The notes under the pieces: model-generated | Databases searched by the model: none | What the model was told of the DNA's origin: nothing | Seen by the model: the letters and a program-made list of their open reading frames with translations, nothing else | Program-made: the position numbers and the translations under genes | Assembly (NCBI GenBank): GCA_963662315.1 | Contig: OY759353.1 | Span: 2,784,001-2,848,000, forward strand | Origin: Geopsychrobacteraceae bacterium | GTDB taxonomy: Bacteria > Desulfobacterota > Desulfuromonadia > Desulfuromonadales > Geopsychrobacteraceae | Direction of reading: 5' to 3' | Length of the DNA: 64,000 nt | Shown: positions 31,514 to 42,490 of the stretch, one piece after another | Layout: the number at the start of each line of letters is the position of its first letter | Numbering within the stretch: the stretch's first letter is position 1

Positions 31514-31588
31514 AACCTTCTCTGCAAACTTCAGGTCCTATCGGAAATAACGAACCTGCTTTTCATATTTCCACCTGCCCTAAGGATA

Positions 31589-31972
31589 TTACCAACCGAC
31601 TTTGATAGCGACGTTAGGCAAACCGAGGACAACATGGGGCACTGGTGGTAACGGCAAGACAATGCTTCTATGGTCACGCACTACATGTTTTCTTACCACT
31701 GGCTGCTGATAATGATGATGATCGCTGTACCTTTTGGTGATACGTCTATCCTCATGACGGCAATCAAGATTGCGCCTGTCATGATGTGCCTTACGACGGT
31801 ATTCATGCTTGGTCAGTTTATGATGCCCTTTGCCATGGTCACACTGCTGTGAATAGTGCTGCTTAGTTCCATAACGATGGCCATCGCCTCTGAATCCTGC
31901 CTGAGCACTTGCCAGCATAGGAATTGTTAACAGTGCTGCAATCAAAAGAGCGGTCAAATAAATCCGTTTCAT
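31589..31972 (-). CDS. His/Arg-rich exported hypothetical protein
   Basis: Sec signal ending ASA, AAGGAGG RBS, His/Arg-rich body. Confidence 0.8.
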   Translation of the reverse strand: MKRIYLTALLIAALLTIPMLASAQAGFRGDGHRYGTKQHYSQQCDHGKGHHKLTKHEYRRKAHHDRRNLDCRHEDRRITKRYSDHHHYQQPVVRKHVVRDHRSIVLPLPPVPHVVLGLPNVAIKVGW

Positions 31973-32435
31973 GTGTGCCTCCTTAAAATCCGATTAAGTA
32001 AAATTTGCTCCGTGTTGCGGTGATGGCTACACGATAACGAATTCAAACGGCCGTTTCATTCGACATCGTCATAAATTCCGCCTGATGTCGGGTCGACATT
32101 ATGTATTTTCAATAAGTTACAAGGATATTAAAGGAGGAAATGTCGGGTGATATTCCAAATAATCTTACTGCCAGAAAGAGGTACAGCTAAAATATTTTCG
32201 TGTCTCCAGATAGTGACAAAAAGCCGACCAGGAATATGAATCGCCTTTCAGCATCCGAGAGTTTGACTTACAGCGCTTTTTCCATAAGGAGTTACTGTGA
32301 AGCTATCAGACCATCATTGAGCAGCAACAGAACCTGGATCGCTTATCGCCACCCTAAATTAATAAGATCACGTATTGTGCAGGCTCGTTGCGCCATGATC
32401 ACAGCATATGGTTGAAAATGGAGGGGCTTCTTAAA

Positions 32436-32900
32436 TTATGCAGGCTGTTCAGGAAACAGCTTAAGCAATGTTTTGGCCCGATAATCAAAAATCTCCGTCA
32501 ATTTGCCACGGACCCAAAGCTGCTCAACCACAAGTCCCAGTGGCCCAAACGGCAAACGGTAATAAACGCGATCGACCATGCGGGTACGGCGTGCCGTCAG
32601 GGGCATGATTTCATGGTAGTGATACCAGAACTTATAGGGACCGAAGCGCTGTTCATCAACAAAGGACCGCTGTTCGCAAACATGTTTGATCTCAGTCACC
32701 CAGCGCTGTTTCCCGAGCAGTGCAATGGCTATTTTGTACTCAATGATCAGTCCGTCGAACATCTTTTCCGGTGGCTTGGAGAGGATCTCAAACTTAAGAT
32801 CTCCTGGCGTTAAGCAGTCAAGATTGGCCGGGTTTGAAATAAACCACCACAGGTCTTCAACACTCACATCAAGGTCAATGGTGCGTTCCAATTGATGCAT
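32436..32900 (-). CDS. SRPBCC family protein
   Basis: FISNPANL, WVTEI, FVDEQRFGPYKFWYHYH. Confidence 0.9.
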   Translation of the reverse strand: MHQLERTIDLDVSVEDLWWFISNPANLDCLTPGDLKFEILSKPPEKMFDGLIIEYKIAIALLGKQRWVTEIKHVCEQRSFVDEQRFGPYKFWYHYHEIMPLTARRTRMVDRVYYRLPFGPLGLVVEQLWVRGKLTEIFDYRAKTLLKLFPEQPA

Positions 32901-32973
32901 CAGACTCTCCTTACTGATCAGTTCACAGCATTGTTACGTACCGGTTTCAAACAAAGAACCCGGCCAAATAGTT

Positions 32974-33231
32974 CTAGCTAGCCTTAGCAGCGTCATGAAT
33001 GCGACTGAGGCACTCGGCCCTTACCCCTTCCAGGGCAGCAATGGTGGCCTCCTGAGTGGTGTCACCTACAATTCCGCGTCCGGTCCAGTCATTTCCGTAA
33101 CGCACATAAAGCGACTGCAGTTCGGCGTCAACCTGGCGCAGTACACCATGTGGATCAGTCGCCATTCGGGCACTGAAGTAAGCTAAGACATTGGCAATAA
33201 TGTCCGTCTGTTTTTGCTGTAGATAATCCAT
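32974..33231 (-). CDS. Hypothetical protein (85 aa)
   Basis: ATG 1 nt after the ABC1 gene stop with AGGA RBS. Confidence 0.75.
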   Translation of the reverse strand: MDYLQQKQTDIIANVLAYFSARMATDPHGVLRQVDAELQSLYVRYGNDWTGRGIVGDTTQEATIAALEGVRAECLSRIHDAAKAS

Positions 33232-33232
33232 G

Positions 33233-34801
33233 TTAATGTCCTTTCCTGACGATGAGAAACAGCGCCAGCAGCATGCAGATACCGGAACCATACCCAGACC
33301 AGGGAGCATCAAGCAGCAGTAAATAAAAGGCCAGCGCCAGCCAGAATATCAGCCACAAAAAGCGCCGCGCATAAAGCGCCAACCGGTTCAGCAGATACTC
33401 ACGATCTGCAGGTGCCATGCGCACTGTCAGCTCCCCCTGTTCAGCCAGTTCAACCACTTTCCGGGTTTTAATCAGCGTCAGAGGCAATTGCATCACCTCT
33501 TTGCGTAGTAACGGCACCAGGCTTTCGCCATCGCCGAGAGCTTTGCCCAAATTGTCTTTAAGAATCGGCAGAATATCTTTTATGCCATTAAAGTTTTCAA
33601 TATATTGAGTACCAAGCCCCTCAATCAGGGAGCTGACCCGCATCACGTAAATTACATCCTGCGGCAGCTTGAACGGTTGATCATGAAGCACCTGCAGCAC
33701 GCCGAAAGCCAGATCCTGCATACTGCTGGCGGCAAGTTGCTGACTGTCAAAAATAGCAAACAGGCTTTCGGCGATATCAACCAGCTGATCCTGGGGAGCC
33801 TGCTCGGTCAGAATCCCCATGCGCCTTACCGCACTGACCAGCATTTCAAAGTTTCGTTCATAGGCCGCCTTGACAGCATAAATCATGGCCTGGCGGACAG
33901 GTGAGGGAATCCGGCTGACCATACCAAAATCGAGCAGCACCAGCTCACCGGCCCGGTTCACCAGTAAATTTCCTGGGTGGGGGTCGGCATGAAAGTATCC
34001 TTTAACCAGCATTTGCTCGGTATAAAACAGCACCAGCTTTTCCATCAGGGTGGAAAATTCGACTCCTGCCGCCCTAATGGCTGCCACATCATCAATCCGT
34101 ACCCCTTCTTCAAAACTCATGACCAGGGCCAGATCACTGCTTAAGTGTGGGTAAGGCTGTGGGAACCGGATACCGCGCTCCGCGTAAACCTGGCTGAAGT
34201 GCTCAAGGTTGGCCAGTTCGTGCTGCATGCTGACTTCCTGTACAATCATCTGGCTGAAAGCGCGCAGGACAGCTTCAATGGAATTCCGCGTCTGATCACT
34301 GAAAAGCGGTTTGAACAACCATTGAAACAAGGTCAACAAAAAGATATCGATGCGCACAATCCACTGGATATCGGCGCGCAGCAGTTTGACAGCAACAACA
34401 TCTCCAGTCGCGAGCACAGCGCGATGCACCTGACCAATGGAAGCACTGGCCAGCGCCTTGTCGTTGAACTCAGTAAAGACCTCTGGTTGTGGGAAGGCCC
34501 GTCGGAAAATACGTTGCTGCTGCGCCACAGACATTGCCGGCATGCGATCATGCAGTTGACGCAGGCGAGCAACGTAGGCTTCTTCAAAAAAATCAGCCCG
34601 CGTTGCCAGTACCTGGGCCAGCTTGAGAAAACTGGAACCAAGGCTGCGCACACACGCAACCAGGTCCTCCGGAGAAAAAGGTGTCCAAAGCAACCAGCGC
34701 TGACGTCGCTTAAACAGCAGAAATACTGTGACTAAAAAGCGAAACACCTGATAGCAGCGATACGGGTTTGCCTGCCTGAAAATGAGCCATAGGTAGCGCA
34801 A
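33233..34801 (-). CDS. ABC1/AarF/UbiB family atypical kinase
   Basis: KLAQ, ASASIGQVH, VAVK, FHADPHPGN, LDFG. Confidence 0.95.
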   Translation of the reverse strand: MRYLWLIFRQANPYRCYQVFRFLVTVFLLFKRRQRWLLWTPFSPEDLVACVRSLGSSFLKLAQVLATRADFFEEAYVARLRQLHDRMPAMSVAQQQRIFRRAFPQPEVFTEFNDKALASASIGQVHRAVLATGDVVAVKLLRADIQWIVRIDIFLLTLFQWLFKPLFSDQTRNSIEAVLRAFSQMIVQEVSMQHELANLEHFSQVYAERGIRFPQPYPHLSSDLALVMSFEEGVRIDDVAAIRAAGVEFSTLMEKLVLFYTEQMLVKGYFHADPHPGNLLVNRAGELVLLDFGMVSRIPSPVRQAMIYAVKAAYERNFEMLVSAVRRMGILTEQAPQDQLVDIAESLFAIFDSQQLAASSMQDLAFGVLQVLHDQPFKLPQDVIYVMRVSSLIEGLGTQYIENFNGIKDILPILKDNLGKALGDGESLVPLLRKEVMQLPLTLIKTRKVVELAEQGELTVRMAPADREYLLNRLALYARRFLWLIFWLALAFYLLLLDAPWSGYGSGICMLLALFLIVRKGH

Positions 34802-35080
34802 TTATAACTTCTCCAGATCCTTGCGCAGTTGCTCAAGATCATCCTTGGTGGCCAAGTTCAGCTCACTGACGACCTCTTTCAGGAGGTCGCGCAACATAGT
34901 GCGCAGTCCTTCTTTTTCCTGCTCACCACGCTCAGCCATCTCCTTAAAAAAGTCACGGGCGGTTTCTTCAGCTTTATCAGCCGCCTGTCTGAACTCTTCA
35001 CGGTTTTTTTCCACCTTGTCCTTGACCGCCATGGCACTTCCCAATGCTACGTAAAATAACTGCTCAAGTCGCTTCTCCAT
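34802..35080 (-). CDS. Phasin-like/coiled-coil protein
   Basis: LF..ALG, LATKDDL..L pattern typical of genes upstream of ABC1 kinases. Confidence 0.8.
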   Translation of the reverse strand: MEKRLEQLFYVALGSAMAVKDKVEKNREEFRQAADKAEETARDFFKEMAERGEQEKEGLRTMLRDLLKEVVSELNLATKDDLEQLRKDLEKL

Positions 35081-35129
35081 TGTGACTCTCCTTTAACTTT
35101 GCTCCAATGACCATCTGGCTGTTCTGGAT

Positions 35130-35191
35130 TTGACTTTTCACATCCGTTATTCTATATAATATTTCATTACTTCTTTTTTTGTCTAGGACAA
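35130..35191 (+). promoter_or_regulatory. Sigma70-like promoter and palindromic operator candidate
   Basis: TTGACT(35130)-19 bp-TATAAT(35155); TTGTC-TAG-GACAA at 35179-35191. Confidence 0.5.
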
Positions 35192-35195
35192 TCTC

Positions 35196-36062
35196 ATGTT
35201 ATCAATTCAACAACTCAGTCAAGAACTCGATATCGGGGTCGACACCTTACGGGCCTGGGAGCGCCGTTACGGCTTTCCGACCCCTGAACGCGACTATCGG
35301 GGGCACCGCAGCTACTCGTCTACACAACTTGAAGAATTGAAGCTGGTTAAAAAGCTGCAGAATCATGGCCTGCGACCAAGTGTCATCTTTGCCATGTCCC
35401 CTGCTGAGAGAAAAGCAGAACTGAACCAAATGTCAACTGCCAGTAACGACAAACTGACAACTCTTGATCAATTGATTGTTTCTGAGCCCGACCTGATCCG
35501 CACGACTTTGATTGAACAGTTTCACAGTTTACCGCTGAAGAAACTGATTCAGAACCAACTGATCCCACTGATTACGGCTCTTGATCATGGCTGGGTCAGC
35601 AACCGGATTTCCATCGCTCAGGAGCACTTGATTTCCGACATTCTGATCTCACTACTCAGCCAGCATCTGCAACAGCATCAGCCCGAGCCAGCTGTTGCTC
35701 ATCTGCTTTTTCTGACCATCAACGGTGAGCGCCATAAACTGGGCCTGTATCTGTCAGCGACCCTGTTTCAGCAGTGTGGGATCAAATGTACGCTGATCCA
35801 TGAAGATCTGCCACTCAGTGAACTCCCTGAACTGTGTCAAAATATGCAAGCCCAGGGAGTTGCTCTGTCGTTCAGCCAGCACTATCAGAACAGTCAGGCC
35901 CGTAAAGACCTGGCCACCCTGCGCCAGTTACTGGCGGCAGACACGTTGATTATTGCGGGTGGGGACGCTGTAAGGAAAAAGTTTCGTCTGCCAGGCGTGT
36001 TGCTGTGCGCGGAATTGCAGGCAATTCCGGAACTGTGCCGGAAACATTTAAATAGTGAATAA
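35196..36062 (+). CDS. MerR-family regulator with cobalamin-binding domain (CarH/LitR-like)
   Basis: TLRAWERRYG HTH, W-x9-EH (WVSNRISIAQEH), ERHKLG. Confidence 0.9.
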   Translation: MLSIQQLSQELDIGVDTLRAWERRYGFPTPERDYRGHRSYSSTQLEELKLVKKLQNHGLRPSVIFAMSPAERKAELNQMSTASNDKLTTLDQLIVSEPDLIRTTLIEQFHSLPLKKLIQNQLIPLITALDHGWVSNRISIAQEHLISDILISLLSQHLQQHQPEPAVAHLLFLTINGERHKLGLYLSATLFQQCGIKCTLIHEDLPLSELPELCQNMQAQGVALSFSQHYQNSQARKDLATLRQLLAADTLIIAGGDAVRKKFRLPGVLLCAELQAIPELCRKHLNSE

Positions 36063-36225
36063 AATGAGCAGTAAGTAGCGACCAAAACCAGAACAAAGAT
36101 AAGACATAAAGTCGACGATCCACTACCAGACATGGATACCTCGCTCGACATAGCCACACTACATACCCGGATTCGCGAGCGGAATCCTTGAAAGCAACCA
36201 AATTGAGCCTAAAATTTATTTTCAT

Positions 36226-36260
36226 AACTATAAAGCCCGGTAGCTCCAGGCTTTATAGTT
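36226..36260. terminator. Hairpin between convergent genes
   Basis: AACTATAAAGCC...GGCTTTATAGTT. Confidence 0.65.
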
Positions 36261-36267
36261 GAGTCAT

Positions 36268-36465
36268 TTAATTTGCCCGCCATTCACGAGGCACATCCGT
36301 ATGCTTTCCATCAGGATTGTAATAACCGGAATCGCCTTCCTCATCATCGAATTCAACATAGACAATACTACCGTCAACAGCGGCTTTTTTGGCCTCCTGG
36401 GCAATTTCCATTGAGGACGTACTTGTTGCCAACTTTTCGCCTTTAACTACAACTGTGTATTTCAT
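36268..36465 (-). CDS. Small acidic hypothetical protein (65 aa)
   Basis: AAGGAG RBS, ATG, followed by a hairpin. Confidence 0.7.
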   Translation of the reverse strand: MKYTVVVKGEKLATSTSSMEIAQEAKKAAVDGSIVYVEFDDEEGDSGYYNPDGKHTDVPREWRAN

Positions 36466-36666
36466 AGAGCTCTCCTTACTGATTCTTTTGGATAGATATA
36501 GCCACGTTTAAAAGTTTCAGCCTTTTTACTAACTGCCAGCACACCTCACATAAAGGTATGTCCCTTCCCTGAGATCATTAAAAAATGCGGACGCTGGCCT
36601 GCCCTCCAGCGTCCTTAATCACAAGATGGGCGAAAGATCAATCATTGCGGATTTACAATGAAACAG

Positions 36667-37932
36667 TTATTTACTTCCTGCTGCCGGCATGGTTCCGACA
36701 CCGACACGACTCGTAGCTTTTGACCTCTTATCGAGAAAGCGATAAACAAAAGTCAGAGCAATACCAACAATGCTGGCAATCATGGCAATATAAAAAGCTT
36801 GTGTGTAATTCCAATTGTTTGCGATCGCAACTTTGGCCGCAAGCCGCGGTCCGATAAAAGCGGCAACGCCAAGTCCGATGAAAGTAATACCGTAATTGAC
36901 GCCAACATTTTTCACCCCGTAATTTTCGGCAATCATGGAAGGGAAAATTGCCTGTAAGCCACCAAAAACGGCCCCAACTCCCATGCCAGCAATAGCAAAG
37001 CCGACAATTGAAGACGTATTGGTGATAATCATCAGGACTACTGCGGCTAAAACATACATAATCGTCAACGTCGAATAACGACCAGTTTTGTCCGACAAGG
37101 AACCAAAACCGATCCGGCCACACAGGTTAAACAGGGCAATAATGCTGACCCAGATAGCAGCTGATTGCGGCGTCATACCATACATTCTCTGGGCTATCGG
37201 TGAAGCGTGAGCAATGATCATCATCCCGGACAGGGTACCGACAATGAACATGCACAAAATCACCCACCAACGTACATCCTGAAGCATTTCAATCCAGTTT
37301 TTGTCAACCCGTGCTGCGGCCATGGACGAAGCCTGAACGGGTGGTTCCCACCCCTCTGGCTTGTAGCCTGCGGGAGCGCGCTTTATCACCAGACTGCACA
37401 GCAGAATAATGATAAAAAAAGCAGCTCCCAAAACCTTAAAGGTACTAAGCACACCATGGTTGATAATCAGAGAGCTGGCCAGAGGAGCAACGATAATAGC
37501 CCCCGCTCCGTAGCCAGCTGCCTGCAAACCCGTTGCTAAACCGCGCTTATCCGGAAAAAACTTAACGGTATTATTGATATTTCCGGCGTACACAGTTCCT
37601 GCTCCGACACCGGCGATAATGGAAAAAGACAGATACAGCATGGCTGGTGAAGAAATAAATCCTACCAGGAACATACCAATTCCAAACATTACTCCGCCCA
37701 GAATGATATTAAACTTTGCGCCCTTCTTATCAACCAGAATACCGGCACAGATCATGACGATAGGGCCGGTTGCAAATGTGATTGTGAATGCCATCGCAAC
37801 AGTTGCCGGGTCCCACCCGAACTGTTTACCCAGAGGCATGGCAAAAACACTCCAGGCATATTGAGATCCGATACAGATATTGACCACGATTGCCGCGGCC
37901 AGAATTGCCCAGCGATTGTATTTCTGTTCCAT
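36667..37932 (-). CDS. MFS transporter, oxalate/formate antiporter (OFA) family
   Basis: NRW...YAWSVF, FPDKRGLATG, GRIGFGSLSDK; GGAGG RBS. Confidence 0.92.
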   Translation of the reverse strand: MEQKYNRWAILAAAIVVNICIGSQYAWSVFAMPLGKQFGWDPATVAMAFTITFATGPIVMICAGILVDKKGAKFNIILGGVMFGIGMFLVGFISSPAMLYLSFSIIAGVGAGTVYAGNINNTVKFFPDKRGLATGLQAAGYGAGAIIVAPLASSLIINHGVLSTFKVLGAAFFIIILLCSLVIKRAPAGYKPEGWEPPVQASSMAAARVDKNWIEMLQDVRWWVILCMFIVGTLSGMMIIAHASPIAQRMYGMTPQSAAIWVSIIALFNLCGRIGFGSLSDKTGRYSTLTIMYVLAAVVLMIITNTSSIVGFAIAGMGVGAVFGGLQAIFPSMIAENYGVKNVGVNYGITFIGLGVAAFIGPRLAAKVAIANNWNYTQAFYIAMIASIVGIALTFVYRFLDKRSKATSRVGVGTMPAAGSK

Positions 37933-38092
37933 CCGAATGTCCTCCATTCTCAGTGACACAGCTGTGAATTTAAATGAGGAGAAACTGGCGTTATTCCTAT
38001 TTTTTCTATATCCAGGTCTTACCTGTTTCAACCGGAGGGTGCGGATTCAAGACCCCGGCCTCCGGTTGAAACAGCCTTACGCCAACACAGTG

Positions 38093-38446
38093 CTATTTGG
38101 GCACGTACAGCACTTGTTTCGGTTTATTTTCAAGCCGTTTAGCCAGTGCGGAGACGGGACCGTAGTACATAATCTGAGCCTGACAATGTTGCACACAGGT
38201 AGGTAGCTTGTCGGCAGCGACCCGGTCTTCGCAGAGGTTGCAAAGACTGGTTGGCTTTGGTACGTAATTCCACTCCCACTTGCCGTCGTGTTGTTTACGC
38301 GGACCATCTTCCAGCAGTTTGATACCGTATTGATTGAGAGGCAGGTTCAGCTCTTTCATGCAGGCGACTTCACATGAGTGGCACCCCGTGCAAAACTCGT
38401 AATCAATCAGCAGCCCGTAACGGCCTTCTTGTTTAAGATCTGACAT
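38093..38446 (-). CDS. 4Fe-4S ferredoxin-type small subunit
   Basis: CTGCHSCEVAC, CNLC, PTCVQHC; overlaps the Mo enzyme stop. Confidence 0.92.
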   Translation of the reverse strand: MSDLKQEGRYGLLIDYEFCTGCHSCEVACMKELNLPLNQYGIKLLEDGPRKQHDGKWEWNYVPKPTSLCNLCEDRVAADKLPTCVQHCQAQIMYYGPVSALAKRLENKPKQVLYVPK

Positions 38447-40784
38447 ATTTGAATCCTCCCAACTTGGTTACCTGCTCACCTGGCATAATTTTGCTGTTCT
38501 CTTCGGTAGCTTTGTAAATTTTGCACAGCAAACCTTTGTTAGGTGCACCATAGCCGGTTGGACCATTGGTGCACTGAGCCGTCAGGTTGTTACTGTTGGA
38601 GCTGAAAACACCAAACAGGCTTGGTTCGGCACCTGGCTCTTCCGGGAACCACCAGCCATGCTCGGCACTGACGACGCGGGGATCCAGAGTCGGATGGAGT
38701 TTGGCGCGCTGACGACAGCGGCCACGCTTGCTTTCAAGCCAGACCCAGTCGCCTTCTTTGATGCCGTATTTTTCAGCCGTTTCCGGGTGCATAGTAACCT
38801 GCGGGTCGGGGTGGAACATCCGCATGGTTTGCTGCTGCCGTTGCTCTGAGTGGAAGAACTCCCAGGAACGGGTACCGGTGGTCAGAATCAATGGATACTG
38901 TTTTGCCAGCTCTGGAGTTGAATAGGGGCTTTCCGGTGGTTCCGTATGGAACGGCAACGGGTCGATATCCCAGTCGGCGAACATCTGGCTGTAAAGCTGG
39001 ATCTTTCCGTCGACAGTATTGAAGCCGGGCTGGCGGTCACGCCGCAACAGACCTTTTTCGTATTTCCGGTATTCCCAGGGAGCGAAAGACCAGCCCTTAT
39101 TCTGCAGCTCTTCGAAGGTCATGCCGGCTTTACCTCTTTCACGGTACGGCTTGCCCGACCATTCAACCTGCAGAGCTTCGGGATACCTCTCCTTGTCGTT
39201 ACCGAACTTCCAGTTCAACCAGTCTTCGACGGTATCCCATGGGAACGCTTCCGGGTGGAGACGTTTGCCCAGATCGAGGATGATCTGCTCGTCCGACTTG
39301 GCTTCGTAGTACTGCATAACCTTGGAGATATGACGCAGCGGAGTAAACCAGGCGCGGAAGCTGTCGCGCTCAAGGCTCATACCAGCAGGCAGCACGATGT
39401 CAGCGCAGGCGATGGCACTCGGGGTCATGAACAGGTCAACGACAACGTTAAAATCAACCTTGCGGATGGCATCGTAAACACGGTGTGATTCCGAAGCCAT
39501 GTTGGCGATCGGGTTGGTGGTCTGCAGCCACAGCATACGCACCGGATAAGGCTCATCCGACTCAATAGCACGCAGAACAGAGTCGCCGTGGGCGGTTGAG
39601 GCAAAGCCATACATCTTCATCGGGTAGTTTTCATTACCCAGACGTTTCTGGATTCTTTCCGGTGGAACCCAGCTCAGACCACAGTTATAACCATCGTCAA
39701 CGTTGTAACCGGCTTTGGCAATGACGTTACCACCCGGAACGTCAACGTTTCCGGTCACGGTCCACAGAGAACATACTGCCTGAGCAGCCGGGATGCCGGT
39801 GACCTGCTGGTCAATGGCCAGACCCCACTGGATCGCAGCCGGTTTACTGGTAGCATAGTAACGGGCAGCGCTGATAATGATGTCTTTCGGAACCCAGGTG
39901 ATTTCGGCAGCTTTTTCTGGTGGATAAAGCTGGACTCTTTCCTTCAAGGCCTCGAAGCCGGACGTCCACTTTTCAACAAACTCTTTATCGTACAGCTCTT
40001 CGTTGATAATAACGTTGAGCATCCCCATGGCCAGGGCAGTATCGGTACCGGGGCGTACCTGAAGCCAGTAATCGGCCTGGGCAGCCAACCAGGTCAACTT
40101 AGGATCGACCACGATCAACTTTGCGCCTTTACGCATCAGGTCGACGATCCAGTGGCCAAAAAAGCCATCACCGTTGGTGATAATGGGGTTGTTCCCCCAG
40201 ATCATGATGACTTTCGGAACTTCATATTCGGGCAGGTCATAACGCTCCGGGTAATGCTGAGCGGCATCGAGAACGAAGAAGTCACTCTGCATAACCGCCT
40301 GCTGGGCGGCACGCGGCAGGTAACAGGCGTCACCGCTCAGGAAGCCAAGCGTATAGTTGGGGCTACCGAAGGCGGCATAGGTGAGATAAGGAACTTGCCA
40401 GATAATATTCCGACCGGTACCTTCCATGCCGATGATCGACTCTGGACCATAGTCCTTCCAGATAGCTCTGACCTTTTCTTCGATAATATCGTAAGCCTGA
40501 TCCCAGGAGATGCGCTCCCAGGTATTCTCGCCACGCTTACCGACCCGCTTCAGTGGGTATTTCAAACGATCAGGGTGATTAACTGCTTCCGGCAGGTTGA
40601 GACAACGCATACACAGACGACCGTTGTTATAAGGGTTGTCCACATCCCCTTCGACTTTAATAAGTCTATCGTCCTTGACGTAATACTTAATGCCACAGGC
40701 ATTGTGGCACCCAGGTCCTGACCATTGATGGGAGCGGCTGACGGTTAAATCGCCCTCCCTCCACTGCCATGTTCTTTCTGACAT
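38433..40784 (-). CDS. Bis-MGD molybdopterin oxidoreductase (DMSO reductase superfamily), cytoplasmic
   Basis: WSGPGCHNACG, RLKYPLKR, WERISWD, RPGTDTALA, ADIVLPA, HGWWFPE; no Tat signal. Confidence 0.93.
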   Translation of the reverse strand: MSERTWQWREGDLTVSRSHQWSGPGCHNACGIKYYVKDDRLIKVEGDVDNPYNNGRLCMRCLNLPEAVNHPDRLKYPLKRVGKRGENTWERISWDQAYDIIEEKVRAIWKDYGPESIIGMEGTGRNIIWQVPYLTYAAFGSPNYTLGFLSGDACYLPRAAQQAVMQSDFFVLDAAQHYPERYDLPEYEVPKVIMIWGNNPIITNGDGFFGHWIVDLMRKGAKLIVVDPKLTWLAAQADYWLQVRPGTDTALAMGMLNVIINEELYDKEFVEKWTSGFEALKERVQLYPPEKAAEITWVPKDIIISAARYYATSKPAAIQWGLAIDQQVTGIPAAQAVCSLWTVTGNVDVPGGNVIAKAGYNVDDGYNCGLSWVPPERIQKRLGNENYPMKMYGFASTAHGDSVLRAIESDEPYPVRMLWLQTTNPIANMASESHRVYDAIRKVDFNVVVDLFMTPSAIACADIVLPAGMSLERDSFRAWFTPLRHISKVMQYYEAKSDEQIILDLGKRLHPEAFPWDTVEDWLNWKFGNDKERYPEALQVEWSGKPYRERGKAGMTFEELQNKGWSFAPWEYRKYEKGLLRRDRQPGFNTVDGKIQLYSQMFADWDIDPLPFHTEPPESPYSTPELAKQYPLILTTGTRSWEFFHSEQRQQQTMRMFHPDPQVTMHPETAEKYGIKEGDWVWLESKRGRCRQRAKLHPTLDPRVVSAEHGWWFPEEPGAEPSLFGVFSSNSNNLTAQCTNGPTGYGAPNKGLLCKIYKATEENSKIMPGEQVTKLGGFKYVRS

Positions 40785-40956
40785 AATTGCTCCTTCTGAT
40801 TAAATTTGGTTGTGTTGATCCAAAGAACAAGTCCATTCCAAATCGGGCCCTGCTATCACCTCCCTCTTACAACCTCTCAAAACGGTCCGCACAGCTGACA
40901 ATTCTGGAAACCCTGCTGGTCTTTAAGCACCGGAAAAACTTTATAACTGGTTATTT

Positions 40957-40972
40957 TGCAGCTACCGTGCCA
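40957..40972 (-). promoter_or_regulatory. Sigma54 -24/-12 promoter
   Basis: TGGCACGGTAGCTGCA (GG-N10-GC). Confidence 0.8.
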
Positions 40973-41021
40973 GTATATAAGCGTTTGTTTTTATTAGTAT
41001 TTTTATGATTATTCAAGAGCC

Positions 41022-41080
41022 TGGGACAGTTTGGGAAGGTAATGAATCAGAGTGTCCCAGAATGGAAAGCCGGTGGGACA
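41022..41080. promoter_or_regulatory. Enhancer (UAS) candidate
   Basis: TGGGACA, TGTCCCA, TGGGACA boxes; same layout at 44203-44260. Confidence 0.7.
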
Positions 41081-41224
41081 AAGACAGGGACAGCACCTGG
41101 ACGCCCCTGCTTATTGGTCTAAAGTGGGATGACAAACAAAAAAAGCTGATTACTGTCCTTTACCCTGAAAGGGTTTGGGAACAGTAATCAGCTTTCGGAG
41201 CTGAGAATTTTCTGTTTAAGCAGG

Positions 41225-42404
41225 TTATTTCCCACTGACCCCAAAACGATAAGTCACATACAGGCGATAATCGTTGAAGTCTTCCTGACCATTGTCCTTA
41301 TCAATTTGAGCGAAATGCAGCCTGACTCTCAGACCATCAAGATTTCCCGAGAAGGCGTACTGCAGGCTGGAGTCTGTTTCATTAATCGTGCTGCCGGGAG
41401 CATCATAGATGCCATAAAAAACATAGGCACTCAGCCCTTTCACACCAAGCGCAGCAAATTCATAAACAAGCGTTACGGCATAAGCGTCTTCATCACTGCG
41501 GTCACCAGAGGGGGCACCACCAGAAGTGAGGATCTGCTGGACGATGACCTTGCCATACCCCCAGGGGTCGTAAATCGTATCGTCACCGGTTTTGGCATAA
41601 AAAGCGGTCAGATCAAAACCAAAGGCACCAACTCCAGCATTCAAACCATACTGGTAGATGTCAAGAGCACCCACCTCTTCATCCACCTGAGATTTCTGGA
41701 GGAAGTAGGTCGGTGATGCGTGAAGCACCAGATTATCCATTTTCATGCTGAAAGTGGCGTTAAACCAGGCCTGATAGAGATTATCGGGCATGTTGAAATA
41801 CCAGGACTGGACGTTACTTTTTACACCATCAAGCGGTAGCCTTTAATTAGCACCGGCAATGTAACATCATCATTGAATGAAATAAACTGCTCGTCAATCC
41901 AGCTCATGTAGTCTTTGAGGTAAAACCCCCATCAGATCCAGACCCTTGACCGATTTATTGAGAATCGACAGTCCACGATAGGTTCTGTTTATGGTTCGAA
42001 CTGGATGAATAAAAAGAAATGGCGTATTCACCTCATGGGCTCCGACCTTGATAGTCGTATCAAAGTAGTCAGCCTGAGCGTAATATTCCTGAATACGGGA
42101 AACATTCGCATGTCCTGGTGCGGTCAGGCCATAGTAAAATCCGTAATCGTCATCGTTAACAATATCGTTGGTGGTGCCAAGGCTGATACCTTTAAAGGAA
42201 TCAGTCTTGAAATAAATAGCCCCATCCAAGACCGTATCCCGGTTATCATTCGTACCACCCTTGAAATCCCTGGTATAACTCAAAAGACTGAATTCCCCTT
42301 TGATGACTCCCTGAGAAAACATTTCCTTCAGGTTATCGGCCGCAGAAGCAGTCGCGGCAAAACCGAACACCAGCAAGCTTACAAGCAATACTTTTCTGTT
42401 TTCA
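41225..42404 (-). pseudogene. Frameshifted OprD-like outer membrane porin
   Basis: Two fragments in different frames; signal peptide out of frame with its ATG; beta-barrel alternation and C-terminal DYRLYVTYRF. Confidence 0.75.
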
Positions 42405-42490
42405 TAACCATCCTCTTCAGTCATTAACGAGCAAGAAACATAAAAAATAATCCCTGCAAAACCATGGGTTTCGCAGGGATCAATAAACCA

